64,000 nt of DNA from NCBI RefSeq assembly GCF_006345805.1, contig NC_042997.1, positions 169,942,001 through 170,006,000 on the forward strand, given 5' to 3'. Positions within the stretch are counted from its first letter, which is position 1, and each line of letters opens with the position of its first letter. A program made the translations under genes and the position numbers. A model generated the notes under the pieces. That model had not been told where the DNA came from. It saw only the letters and a list, made by a program, of their open reading frames with translations, and ran no database searches. The DNA is from Octopus sinensis. Its lineage: Eukaryota. Shown one piece after another: positions 22,802 through 35,560 of the stretch.

Positions 22802-25039
22802 CGTGAGCAGCAGCAGCAACTATATTCCAAATAATTAAGAATGATTTCTTGAAATTAAATTCAGCCATATCCTACCAACCATTACCAAAATATTAAAATT
22901 CCAATCCATCCATTAAAATAAAAAAATCTGTGTTCCACTACTTATTACGATAAGCATTCCAGCAAACTTATTGCATTGATAAATTTTTAAAAGAAATGTT
23001 ACATCTACTTGTACATACATTATATACATGACCACCAACATTCTAAAAGAAAAATTCCATTTATCTTCCTTGATAACTTGTGATTTTACAAATTAGGTTA
23101 CATTCTGAAATTGAATATTTATGCAGAAGAAAGTTTAATGTAAACGTGAGAAAGTTATTATTTCATATAAAGTGAATTTATTAGCAGTGAAGTATGACTA
23201 ATTGCTTTTATGAATCAAGCTGAAGGCCAAGTAAACGAAATATCTCTAACAATCCTTGAATCTATCTCTGGTCAGTATCAATGCCAAGTCAAGCTCAAAA
23301 GGCTTTTGATAGATAGATCAGTGAGAATAATATGTGGCTACAACTTCCTTCATCTAATTAAGAGGTAGAGAATGAATAATCTCAAGTGAAACCCTGGCAT
23401 TAAATGTGCTTCTGTATGTTTATTCTGATATTTTTATTGATTTCTTTCTAAAGGGAAATGGCTACTAATAGCAGTCAAAACTAGATTACAGACATGGTTT
23501 CCTATTGTTCTATAGAAACCTACCTTCATTCTGTTGTTGTTGCTTGAAGGAACTTCAAGTAATTATCATTACATTATTGATGATATTTAAGAATATATAT
23601 AACTCAGCAATGTGGAGCATTCTATCAATGCAAATTAATTTGCATAATTCAAAATAATGATGATTATGTATTGTGTATATAACATTTTAGATATGTAATA
23701 TAAAGTGATATCATTTGATTAAAAGAAATAGTACGGAAGTATTACAAAAATTATCTGATAATTAAGAAATGGAAAAAATAATTTTAGATTTTAATAGGGT
23801 TTTTTACCCCAAATACACCAATATATTTAATGTAATAGAATAAATTCCTTATCAAATTTATTTTATTTACTCAAGTATTTTTGTAGTCTATGCTGATGGA
23901 TTAGTTCACTAAAATAACTATATTTTTTTTCCTTTTAGACTTAATTTTCTTTTCTTATGCTATAGTATAGACTCCAAATTCAGATTATGCTAGTGTAAAA
24001 TTACACAAACCTTGATAAGTGGCTGTAACTTATCTTATACTCAATACTTACATATGTTACATATTGATTAGGGAAGAAACAAAGGTAATGAAATTAATAA
24101 ATATTATTGTTATTAATTAGTCTGTTTATATACTCTTTCAACTACTTCACCTGAATTGATACCATGGTTTTTATCCAAAAGATCCATTCCACAATACATA
24201 CTGTACCTAGTCATTCGGCTGGCTATCCTTTTGTGCTATGTTTGGTCAGAGCTGACTGGGGCTATACAACATCAATAACAACCTACTATACATGATTTTT
24301 TGTTTTTATGTATTTTAATTCATATTCAATACAAGCTATACAGCTGATAAACCCCTCTCTAATTAGATTACTCATCTACCAATGAGCCAGATTGTGTTAG
24401 GAAGCACCTCTGTCCCATTTAAAGAAAAACATATGCTGTATTATCAGTTAACAAAGTCAAGGTGTCAGATATTTATTTTACATGGTATACTACTTACAAA
24501 CTAGTTACTTTCTATTATAATAGCGTAGAGTTAAGATTTTGGAGTGTTTTGGGGTTTTTTTTCTCAACCTTTAATAGAATTGTTTGTTTGTTATACATTA
24601 TCAACTTAAAACTAGTCTCACCATGTTTGGTCATAAAACTGGTTGCAAGTTACAGTATGGATGCCTGTTGTCAATGCTTAACCAGTTACTTTCCAATTTG
24701 TTGCTGCTGTGGTTGTTGTTTAGCACCAGGATTCCAGCTATAACCAGTCTTTCTTTTTTTTTGATATATAAAGGACATTGTCCAGTGTGTAGCTTCTTGT
24801 GTAAGACTGTAAGATGGGGATTTGGTTGCTATTTCTAGTAACATTGAAGTTCCCTCATTGGAGTACTACTTTACTATATATTTTGTCTATCACTAGCTTC
24901 TCATTTGCTTTGTTCATGCTTCAGGATACCTCTGCATTTAGAAAAAAAATCTCTGACACTTTGATGATTGAAGTACTAGAAATAGCTGCCAGATCTCCTT
25001 CAGTTACACTCCACCATCTTATAGAAAGCGGGGCACTTG

Positions 25040-25274
25040 AAGGTGGCGAGCTGGCAGAATCATTAGCATGCCAGGCGAAATGCTTAGTGGTATTTCATCT
25101 GCTGTTACATTCTGAGTTCAAATTCTGCGAGGTCGACTTTGCCTTTCATCTTTTCAGGGTCGATAAATTAAGTACCAGTTACGCACTGGGGTCAATGTAA
25201 TCAACTTAAGCTCTTTGTCTGTCCTTGTTTTTCCCCTCTATGTTTAGCCCCTTTGTGGCCAATAAAGAAATAAG
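25040..25274 (+). mobile_element. SINE family A
   Basis: Matches 17811-18040. Confidence 0.88.
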
Positions 25275-26089
25275 AAGGCAGGGCACATTGGACAGTGTAG
25301 TTCATGATATCAAAAAATAAGATGATGGATTCATGGCTGAAATGCATTTGATCAGAAGTTTACTTAATGAGAGCTAACCTGAGGACTAAACAACCTTTAA
25401 CACCAACATTTGTATTCTTAACTGTACCCTATTCTATGGTGCCTGTCACCTTTCTGTATAATAACATTTGCCAATCCATGGTACTGAACTTACATACTGT
25501 TTTAGATCATGCTCAATGAACTTGTAAGCTGAATAAGACTGTAAACTGTAACCCTGAGGCTTCAGCTTTTTTTGCAATAGCTCTTTGCAATTACATGATT
25601 AGAGCTAAATGATGATAACTGCAACTTGCTGTCTGATTAGAAAGTCCTTACACTAAACACACTACGTGACTCTATGCTAACAATACACATCATCACAGAA
25701 TTGATAAAAATGATATTGCAGAAATAAGCAGGGATGGTAATTTCTATGTAAGGCTAGAGAATATTTTTTGAGTTTCATTCAGCATGGTTTCAGCTGAAGA
25801 GAAGATAATCAATAAGAATAATTGATTTATTTTCAAATACTATATACCTGTTTACCTCAGCTACGCGTGTGTGTATACTGTCCCATATTAACAGCAGTTC
25901 AAAATGACAAATCAAATAAAGATAAAAAACCAGAAGGATTCATGAGACTATATGTAATTATGTGTGTGTATGTATGTGTGTCTGTGTGCATGTATATATG
26001 TGTATATATACATGTATATATATGTGTATATACATGCATATATACATATACAAGCGTATATGCGTGTGTGTGTGTGTGTGTGTGTGTGT

Positions 26090-26395
26090 GGAGGCGCAAT
26101 GGCCCAGTGGTTAGGGCAGCGGACTTGCGGTTGGAGGATCGCGGTTTCGATTCCCAGACTGGGCGTTGTGTGTTTATTGAGTGAAAACACCTAAAACTCC
26201 ACGAGGCTCCCGCAGGGGATGGTGGAGACCCTTGTTGTACTCTTTCACCACAACTTTCTCTCACACTCTCTTCCTGTTTCTTGAGTAATGCTGCGATAGG
26301 CTGGTGTTCCGTCCGGCTGTGGGGAACACATACGCCACAGAAACCAGGAAACCAGGCCCCTGAGCCTAACTAGGCTTGAAAAGGGCGCAAAAAAA
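26090..26395 (+). mobile_element. tRNA-derived SINE family D, young copy
   Basis: A box TGGCCCAGTGG, B box GGTTTCGATTCCC, body and A-rich tail; related internally deleted copy at ~34155-34410. Confidence 0.85.
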
Positions 26396-26802
26396 TAATA
26401 TATATATAAGTGTATGTATTTATATATGTATACAACTCATCAGAAAAAGTAGTCAAAAGCACATGAACAGTGGATAGAATATGCACAGAAATTGAACACT
26501 GAATGAGTCGTTTAAAAAAGGGAGTGGAGGGTATCATATGTACTCTCATTGAATTTCTGGAAGTATGGAAGTTATGAAGGATGTAGTGTCCCAATAGCTA
26601 ACAACTGATGGGGGTAGATTATTCCATGCTTCACCAATTCTGAGCATGAAAAAAATATTTTTGAAAGTAATGGGTGTTGTGTTGTTTTTTGATTTCATAA
26701 GCATGTCCAGACATACAGAATTTATGTGCATGTGTGTATATATATGTATGTATATATCTGTGTGTGTGTGTGTGTGTATTTATTTATATACATACATACA
26801 TA

Positions 26803-27016
26803 CAAGGTGGTGCTGAAAAGTTCTTGGCTTTAAGGGTTTTGCAAAAGACCTGAAGGCTCAACCTGCCAAGTTCTTTTACAGGGCTTAGAAAAACTGAATG
26901 ACCACTGCAATAGGTGTGTGAATCTGAGACAGGAATATTTTCAATAAAATCATAATTAACTGGTCCTCCTGTATTTTCTTTTGCCCAAAGCCAGGAACTT
27001 TTTAGCCACTTCCTCA
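26803..27016 (+). mobile_element. mariner-derived MITE
   Basis: TA|CAAGGTGGTGCTGAAAAGTTC..GGC ... GCCAGGAACTTTT..CTCA|TA; retains a decayed transposase C-terminus (GLEKL..HCN.CV.L..EY); second copy at 49578-49794. Confidence 0.85.
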
Positions 27017-27037
27017 TACATATTTATATATATATAT

Positions 27038-27304
27038 ATTTGTAAGAATGAAGTCAAGCCAAGTAATGATATTTTGAAAGCATTTAATATGTTTCAGACT
27101 TTGCATAATATATAATAGGAAATACATTACCCTACACAAGACCTTCTTCAGTTAATGCTTTTTAAAATATTTTAAAGTGTATTAACTGAAGAAGGTCTTG
27201 TGTAAGGGGGTGTATTTCCTATCATATATCATAGACAAATCTGAAACAGACATATTAAATGCTTTCAAATTATCATTACTTGCTCTGACTTCATTTTTAC
27301 AAAT
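27038..27304. mobile_element. Fold-back (fully palindromic) element, ~267 bp
   Basis: Arms are imperfect inverted repeats around tttaaaatattttaaa (27161-27176); inserted in TA-rich sequence. Confidence 0.8.
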
Positions 27305-28016
27305 TATATGCCTTGATGCTAGCTCAAACTAGCTTCTTCTGACTTCATTTATGCAAACACTCTAATAAGGATTTTGGTAGTTTGTTGTACCTTGCTTGAG
27401 TCAAGAATTCTGATATTGTGCATTGCAAACACAAAATTACTGTTTATATACTCTTCCAACTACTTAACCTGAATTGATACCACCTGGTTATGGTTTTCAT
27501 CCAAAAAATCCATTCCACAACACATGCTGTACCTAGTCATTCGGCTGGCTACCCTCTAGTGCTATGTTTGGTCAGAGCTGACTGGGGCTATACAACATCA
27601 ATAACAACCTACTATACATGATTTTTTTTTTTGTTTTTATGTGTCTGTGTGTACTGACGTACATATAATATATATCTGTCTCTGTGTCTCCCTCCACCCC
27701 TTGACAACTGATGTTGGTTTATTCATGTCTCCATGACTTAACAGTTCAACAAAAGAAGTCAATAGAATAAAAAATTAGTACTGGGGTCAATTGTCCTACT
27801 AAAACTCTTCAAGGTAGTGCCTCAGCACAGCTACAGTCCAATGACTGGTAAAAGATAAAAGATATGTGAAATAGTCTTTTTCATTATTCATTTCTTAATT
27901 GACTACTAGTTAAATGATATTTAGAAAACAATGCCTGATAAACCTTCTTGACACACAGCATGGTTAAAAAAAACACTTATAATTATTTCTTGTGTTATTT
28001 GCTAATATTTATAGGT

Positions 28017-28170
28017 GTCTGTGTGGTAAGTAGGTTGCTTACCAACCACATGGTTCTGAGTTCAGTCCCACAGCGTGGCACTTTGGACAAGTGTCTTCTA
28101 CTATAGCCTCAGGCTGACCAAAGCCTTGTGAGTGGATTTGGTAGACGGAAACTGAAAGAAGCCCATCGTA
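28017..28170 (+). mobile_element. SINE family B 5' half (3' half at ~29735-29945, split by the LINE)
   Basis: The head matches 10046-10200; the tail resumes after the LINE (GAT)n. Confidence 0.8.
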
Positions 28171-28191
28171 TATATGTATACATATATATAA

Positions 28192-28241
<50 letters not shown>

Positions 28242-28246
<5 letters not shown>

Positions 28247-29721
28247 GTAATCAGTAGGAAGGTAGACAAATCACAAACACCTTCAGGTAGATGGCCCTGC
28301 TCGATCTGTAGAAAAGGTGTAGGTAGAAACTCTATAAGATGCACCAAGTGTAAGCTATGGACACATAAGAGATGCAGCAATGTCAAAGGAAGGCTAACTA
28401 GGAAGATGGTTTTTGTATGTGGCAGATGCTCAGGAACAATAAACACTGAAAATGCTCTGAGACCAACTTCCGTCACTTTCCAGGGAGAAAAACTAGAATA
28501 GTTGATAGTTTCCGTTACCTAGGTGACCAAGTCAGCAGCGGGGGCGGGTGTGCTGAAAGTGTAACTGCTAGAGTAAGAATAGCTTGGGCAAAGTTCAGAG
28601 AGCTCTTACCTCTGCTGGTGACAAAAGCCTCTCGCACAGAGTGAAAGGCAGACTGTATGATGCGTGTGTACGAACAGCCATGCTACATGGCAGTGAAACA
28701 TGGGCCGTACTGCTGAGGATATGCGTAAGCTCGCTAGAAATGAAGCCAGTATGCTCCGATGGATGTGTAATGCCAGTACTCACACTCGGCAGAGTGTAAG
28801 TACCTTGAGAGAAAAGCTGGACCTAAGAAGCATCAGTTGTAGTGTGCAAGAGAGACGTTTGCGCTGGTATGGTCATGTGGCGAGAATGGATGAAGATAGT
28901 TGTGTGAAAAAGTGCCACACCCTAGCGGTTGAGGGAACCTGTGGAAGAGGCAGACCCAGGAAAACCTGGGACGAGGTGGTGAAGCACGACCTTCGAACTT
29001 TAGGTCTCACTGAGGAAATGACTAGAGACCGAGACCTCTGGAAGTGTGCTGTGCGCGAGAAGACCCGGCAGGACAAGTGAGTCCACAACCCGTGGCCTTC
29101 TACATGGGATGGAGCCAGCCTACGTATGCATACCTTCCCTTCTTGGGACACAAAACTCTACTTGTGAAGACGTGTTGAGGCAAGTGAGGAACAGAATCGA
29201 AATCGATCAATGGAAATTGCGGATGTGCTACCAGTGCCGGTGGCATGTCGAAACTCTGCTTGTGAAGACCCATTGAGGCAAGTGAGGATCAGAATCGAAA
29301 TCGAATGGAAATCGATCAATGGAAATCGATCAATGGAAATCGATCAATGGAATTGCAGATGTGTTACCAGTGCCGGTGGCATGTAAGAGAACTTTCCGTT
29401 TCACGACCGTTGCCAGCACCGCCCCGTTTCGTGTCCGTTGCCAGCCTCGCCTGGCCCTCGTGCCGGTGGCACATAAAAAGCACCATCCGTTCGTGGCCGT
29501 TTGCCAGCTCTGTCTGGCACCAGTGCGGGTGGCACGTAAAAAGCACCCACTACACTCACGGAGTGGTTGGCGTTAGGAAGGGCATCCAGCCGTAGAAACA
29601 CTGCCAGATTTGACTGGGCCTGATGAAGCCTTCTGGCTTCACAGACCCCAGTAGAACCGTCCAACCCATGCTAGCATGGAAAACGGACGCTAAATTATGA
29701 TGATGATGATGATGATGATGA
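28242..29721 (+). mobile_element. 5'-truncated young RTE-clade LINE (RT C-terminal part, 3'UTR, (GAT)n tail)
   Basis: ..FRYLGD..ARVRIAWAKFRELLPLL..KGRLYDACVRTAMLHGSETW..MLRWMC..RRLRWYGHVARM..RGRPRKTW..; stop at 29078-29080; three -1 frameshifts and no internal stops. Confidence 0.93.
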
Positions 29722-30995
29722 TATGTATGTATGTGTGTGTGTTCGTGCGTGTTTGTCCCCCCAACATCACTTGACAACCGATGCTGGTGTGTTTACATCC
29801 CCGTAACTTAGCAGCTCGGCAAAAAAGACCGATAGAATAAGTACTAGGCTTACAAAGAATAAGTCCTGGGATCAATTTGCTCGACTGAAGGCGGTGCTCC
29901 AGCATGGCCGCAGTCAAATGACTGAAACAAGTAAAAGAGTAAAAGAGTATCTGCCTGTGCATGTGTGGATCATTATATCTGATAATTATATTTTCAGTTT
30001 TCAAAAATTAAGATTACTGATATCTCTTATGATTTACTTTCCACAATCTTATATTTGGTTTTTCTCCTTTTACCTGTTTTTAAATATTTTGCTTCACTGA
30101 AGTTATTCTTTAAAATGAATAGGCTGCTGTTAACTCTTATGAGATTTATATTAAGGTTGATATTCACTCTTACTCTCTCACCTTTCTAACTTTTCATTTC
30201 TTTTCTAACACCTATCTTTTTTCTTTGTGCCTTGAATCATGTGACTTACAACAGGTGTAAGTTGATTCAAGCCTATCACTTGTCCTTTTTGGTTATACTG
30301 GGTAACCTAGTCTTTTCACTAAAGAAAAACAATCATGCACGACATTCTGTTTGTTTATCACTTGACTGATCAACCCAGGCTGTGCTGCTTAATCTACTGA
30401 GATATTTGATCTGTTCAGTGGAACATTAAGTGTAGGAGGAAAAAGAGAAGAAAAAAACATCACAAATCAGGTGAAATGTACTCATACAAATAGCTACATA
30501 TTCATACTTGATTACTTTAAAAGAATAAACAAATGAAAGAAAAAGAATACAGATTTTAAAAAACAAGAACAATCGCACAATACATACACACCCGGAAAAA
30601 AAATCGAGATACCAATGTGTAAAAACTGACCATTTCCAGAGTTTAAATGGATAAAGATCATAAGTGTACAGTAAAAAAAATTTTGTTGCTCTAAAATTAT
30701 AGAAAGCAATAAAGGAACTAATTTAACAGCCTTGTTTTATATGACCCTACTTAAATTGCAACACATTATTTCTGATCAATTCATTTGCTATATGTACCTG
30801 AGGACATTGCTTAAATTCTGCATTATTTTGAAGGATTTTTGCCTGTTGCACATTAATGCAGACAAGTAATTTATTTATTAAATATAATATAAATTATTAA
30901 AAAAAGTTTTAAGTTACAAAACAATTTGTCATGATATTAGAATTTTCTTATTTTTAAGTAAAATTTCATCAAACTATTTCTCAATCATTTATGAC

Positions 30996-31046
<51 letters not shown>

Positions 31047-31094
31047 GTGTGTGTGCGTGTGTGTGTGCATGTGTGTGTGTGTTGGACCACTGAA

Positions 31095-31270
31095 CTCAGT
31101 ACGTTTTTTTTTTCATTCTCTCTCTATTTCCTCTTATTCCTTTCTGTCGAAGAGCATAGGCTCAAAACATAAAAACATTTCCATTTTTCCCAAGTGTCAA
31201 ACTAATACACCTTCTTGTTGTTCCTACACCTGTCTTCATCTTTGTTTTTCTATAAATTTGAACAATATTT
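31095..31270 (+). mobile_element. Penelope-type repeat with decayed hammerhead-like motif
   Basis: ctttctgtcgaagagcataggctcaaaacat..taatacacc..acacctgtcttc. Confidence 0.6.
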
Positions 31271-31479
31271 ATATTGGTGAGGGGATACATATTTTCCCAT
31301 ACAAGTTTGGCTTAGAGTGGGGGTAGGATTTTTACAGCTAGATGCTCGTACTGTGACTGATCCTTACCTGCTGTTCCTGTAAGAGATTTTTTATTCCAGA
31401 AGAATTTGAAAGTGCAGAGCAAAGAGATGATTTGTTGACAGGAAATATTAACAAATGTCACCCTTTGTTGCCATAGCTT

Positions 31480-31521
<42 letters not shown>

Positions 31522-31928
31522 AGTTGGCTTCCAATTTTTGTCTACCATTATTCCCGCACAAAGTATTGGGCAGCCCAGGGTCATAAAAGAGAATGCTTGT
31601 CCAACCAAGGTGCCACACAGTGGACTTGAACCCAAAGCCACTTGGCCAGAGAAGTAAACTTCTTAATCAAACAGCTTTGCTTACACCTATATATACCTTT
31701 GCTCTGTGTGTGTGTGTGTGTGTGTGCATGCAAAGACCTAAATGGTCCTTTTAACAAAAGAAAGTTATACAGCATCTAATACTTAATCTTAAGTTAGGGT
31801 AACTAATTGTAGCTAAACACCACTAAAATAATGGTCCTTTTATTGGTATTTTCCCAATAACTAGATGCTGGCATTAGAAATATTGAATTTCTAAATGTCT
31901 CAAAGAGACATGAGCGGTGGCGGAGCGA

Positions 31929-32128
31929 TAGAGTGGTTGTATACTGTCAACATAATGTGACAGTCCCGTAAGGGAATTACACCACCGCTGTTTAGCCCTA
32001 GGAAGCATCGACGCTTCCTGTCGGCTTTGACACATTTCCTGTGTCCTTATATTTGCGAAGGCTAAACAGCGGTGGTGTAATTCCCTTACGGGACTGTCAC
32101 GTTATGTTGACAGTATACAACCACTCTA
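31929..32128. mobile_element. MITE-like element with 69-bp inverted arms and internal hairpins
   Basis: Arms 31929-31997 and 32060-32128 match at 68/69 positions, with terminal TA. Confidence 0.7.
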
Positions 32129-33678
32129 GATGCTGGCAATATTCCAACAATATAACTACTTTCCATATTACATTGGTTTTCTTTTTCAACCTGAAATATT
32201 AAAAATATTAATTTGCTGGGATTGGAATATATGTATTTAAAGCACGTGTTTGTGTGTGTGTGTATTTAAAGCATCCCCTTCAAGTATATCACTGTCTTGA
32301 CTGAATTATTTCAATTGAAGTGATATAGAAATCTTTGACAAATGTTAACTTTTTAAATAATGTATTTGGCACATAACATTTGCTTATTATTTATTATTCA
32401 GATTACTAATTATGTTTATTAAAATTGAACCACATCAGCTAAAGTCAGATTTCTGTTTTATTGAAACTATTTAGTGGTGAGATGGGTGGGATAAGTTTTT
32501 GTTCAGAATTTTGGTTATAATCAGTCTATCATGTCAGAAGGTTTTACATAAGATCAGTGATTGATAAATAGTAGGATTTGCATTTTGTGTTTCGTAGAGC
32601 ACTAACTTTGGTAATATTTTCAAAAAACATTAAGCCAGCAGCATACATTATCAGAGGCAGACTCCTAATATCAGCTGCAATTTTTTTTGCTTCATTTTTA
32701 TTTACTGTCATAAAGGATATTGAAATGATACCATTAGTCTAATAAGCTAATAAAAAAAGACACACTCTCTCATAATATAACTAATATAAATACAACTTGT
32801 TTGATTATTCTGTTTATTGAACATAAAATAAATTAGTTTAAATACTAATTTTGTTTGCTTTCTTTTTTAAAAAAAAAGTTCTGCATTTTGTGAGTTGTAA
32901 ATAAAATATAATGAAGTTTATCCTGATTTAAATATCAATGTAATGTGTCATTATATCAAAATATATTTCCTACAGTTTTAATTTAAAACAAGGAAAATAA
33001 CATAAGCTTTGAAGTAGAGATCGAATTTCTGTAATCTTTCACATAAATTTCTATGATGTTTATTCTTGAAAGATTGCTTCTTCACACCTTTTTTTTTTTC
33101 TAGAATAATATAATTAACATATTTGTACATTGATTTCTAAATTCTAGATCAATAATTTTATTTTTATCAATTTGAAGTTAAATCTCAAAACAGGAATAAG
33201 TTGAATATAATTGACAGTATATTTAGTATTTGTGAACAGAGAAGCTAGCTAAAGCATAAGTATTAATATATCTTAATCTCAGAGCAGAATGTCTCAACTT
33301 CCTGCAGCCCCAACCATCCCCATGTTTTGCAAAAAATAAATAAATAAAAACAGGTCATTTTAATCAACCAGAAGCTAATTCAGTGCAGTAATTTATTATC
33401 CATATCTTTCTATACTATCCCATTCTCCCCCACACCTTCTTTTATAGAACTTACTAAGACCATAAGAAACTATGTAACAAAAGACATGTTTCTGCTTACT
33501 GAAGACACAATCTACCTGCAAAATTTTTTTTTTTCTTTTGTAAATTGGTTTAAAATATAAGTATTGTACTTGTTTAAATATTTTATTGCTAAGTAAAATT
33601 ATGACATCCTCCCCCATTAAACACCTAGTACATCCTTGTGAGCTCACAACGCCTATAATATGCTACTATTGTCTAGGT

Positions 33679-33866
33679 TAGTGCTCCGCAACCAGTATGC
33701 TGCGGTACTCTTGGTGTACCGCGAAATGATGCTAGGTGTGCTGCAGTATAACCTGAATATAAATTTTTTCCCCTATACTTTTAGTTATATTTTTTGTTCA
33801 GGTGTGCCACTGAATTTTCAAAAGGATGTAAGTGTACTGCAAGAAAAAAAAGGTTGTAGAGCACTG
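33679..33866. mobile_element. hAT (Buster-type) MITE
   Basis: TIR (C>T)AGTGCTCCGCAACC / GGTTGTAGAGCACTG; perfect 8-bp TSD GTCTAGGT (33671-33678, 33867-33874) with central TA. Confidence 0.88.
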
Positions 33867-34737
33867 GTCTAGGTTAAGAACCACTACTTCAAATAATAGG
33901 ACATATATTTTGGTCTAACTCTGAGTTCAAATCCTGCCAAGTGGTCAGATTTGCTTTTCTTTCTTTTGGGGCCAATAAAGTAAAATACTAGTTAAGTACT
34001 CATTTGAATTCAATTGATAAAACTCACACCCAAACTTTCTGGCATTGTGTCAATCAGTGTTAAGCAATCAGTGAAGCTCAATGAGTCTAGGTTTTTTTCT
34101 GTTGGACCAACTAATATTGATTTCTTACATACAAAGCCTAATATTTATTGAGGGTGGAGGCACATCGCCTAGTGGTTAGAGCAGCAGACTCGCTTATGAA
34201 CGAAACACCTAAGCTCCACCTGGCTCTGGCAGAAGGTAATGGCGAACTTCTGCTGACTCTTTCGCCACAACTTTCTCTTACTCTTTCCTCCTGCATCTTG
34301 CAGCTCACCTGCAACGGACCGGCATCCCATCCAGGTGGGGAACTTATACGCCAAGGAAACCGGGAAACTGGCCCTTATGAGCCAGGCATGGCTCAAGAAG
34401 GAACAAACAACAAATATTTATTGACAGAGATGGATTATTTTATGATATTTCTATTTCTCTCAGAAAAGCATGAACATTGTTTATTTATAGAAGTGAAGTA
34501 GTTACCACTGATAATTAAAGCCAGTTTTCAAATTCAGCTCATTAGGAACTTATCTCTATAACACTTGTCTTGAATGAATAATTATTGGCCTTGATGAAAA
34601 TTAATTACCATTTTCACTTTGCTCGTATAAGCAATGAGAAATGAAAAAAATTCTTATAACACATTTTTATATTAAAAAGAAGATAAATTTGATCATTTCA
34701 AAATGAACACACACAGATGCATACATAATCTTTTAAC

Positions 34738-35122
34738 CATTTACTTGTTTCAGTCATTGTGGCCATGCTGGGGCACCACCATGAGGAGTTTTAGTCAAAC
34801 AAATCGACCCCAGTATTTATTTTCTTTTTAAGCCTGCTATTTATTCTATCGGTCTCTTTTGCTGATCCAGTAAGTTACAGGGATGTAAGCACACCAACAC
34901 CAGTTGACAAGTGGTGCATAGGGACAAAGACACACACACACACACATACATATATATACAATGGTCTTCTTTCAATTTCCCATTTACCAAATCCACTCAC
35001 AAGGCTTTGGTCGGCCCAAGTCTATAGTGGAAGACACTTGCCCAAGGTGCCACACAATGGGACTGAACCTGGAACCATATGGGTGGGAAGCAAACCTCTT
35101 ACCACTCAGCCATGCCTGCACC
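34738..35122 (-). mobile_element. SINE family B, full length
   Basis: Reverse complement of 10046-10404; a further copy lies at 35371-35686. Confidence 0.88.
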
Positions 35123-35517
35123 TATGCACACACACACATATAGATAGATAGATAGAGAGAGAGAAAGATAGATAGAGAGAGACAGAGAGAGAGAGAGATA
35201 AAGTTGTGGGTAATATGATGTCAAATGACATTAGATAATAGGTATATATAATGACTGGTACGGTCAAATTTCTGCCTAAACTCCAGTGTTAAGTGCATAT
35301 CGGTATAAATAAATTATTAATTGATCTGATACCTGTTGACTGCCTGTTTAGGCTTTTCATCTATTCATACCTTTTATCTTTCACTTACTTCAGTCATTAG
35401 ACTGTGGTCATGCTGGGGTGCCATCTTTATGAATTTTAGTCAAACAAATTAACCCTAGTACTTATTCTATTGGCCTCTTTTGCTGAACTGCTAAGTTACA
35501 GGGACATAGATGCGCTA

Positions 35518-35560
<43 letters not shown>

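Noticed and set aside
24814-25200. 128-aa plus-strand ORF
   Set aside because: It is a composite of a repeat fragment (ggagatctggcagctatttctag family, reversed) and a SINE-A copy; no domain and no donor site.
26090-26170. tRNA gene
   Set aside because: A and B boxes are present, but there is no clean acceptor stem and the sequence continues into a ~230-bp SINE body with an A-rich tail. It is a SINE head.
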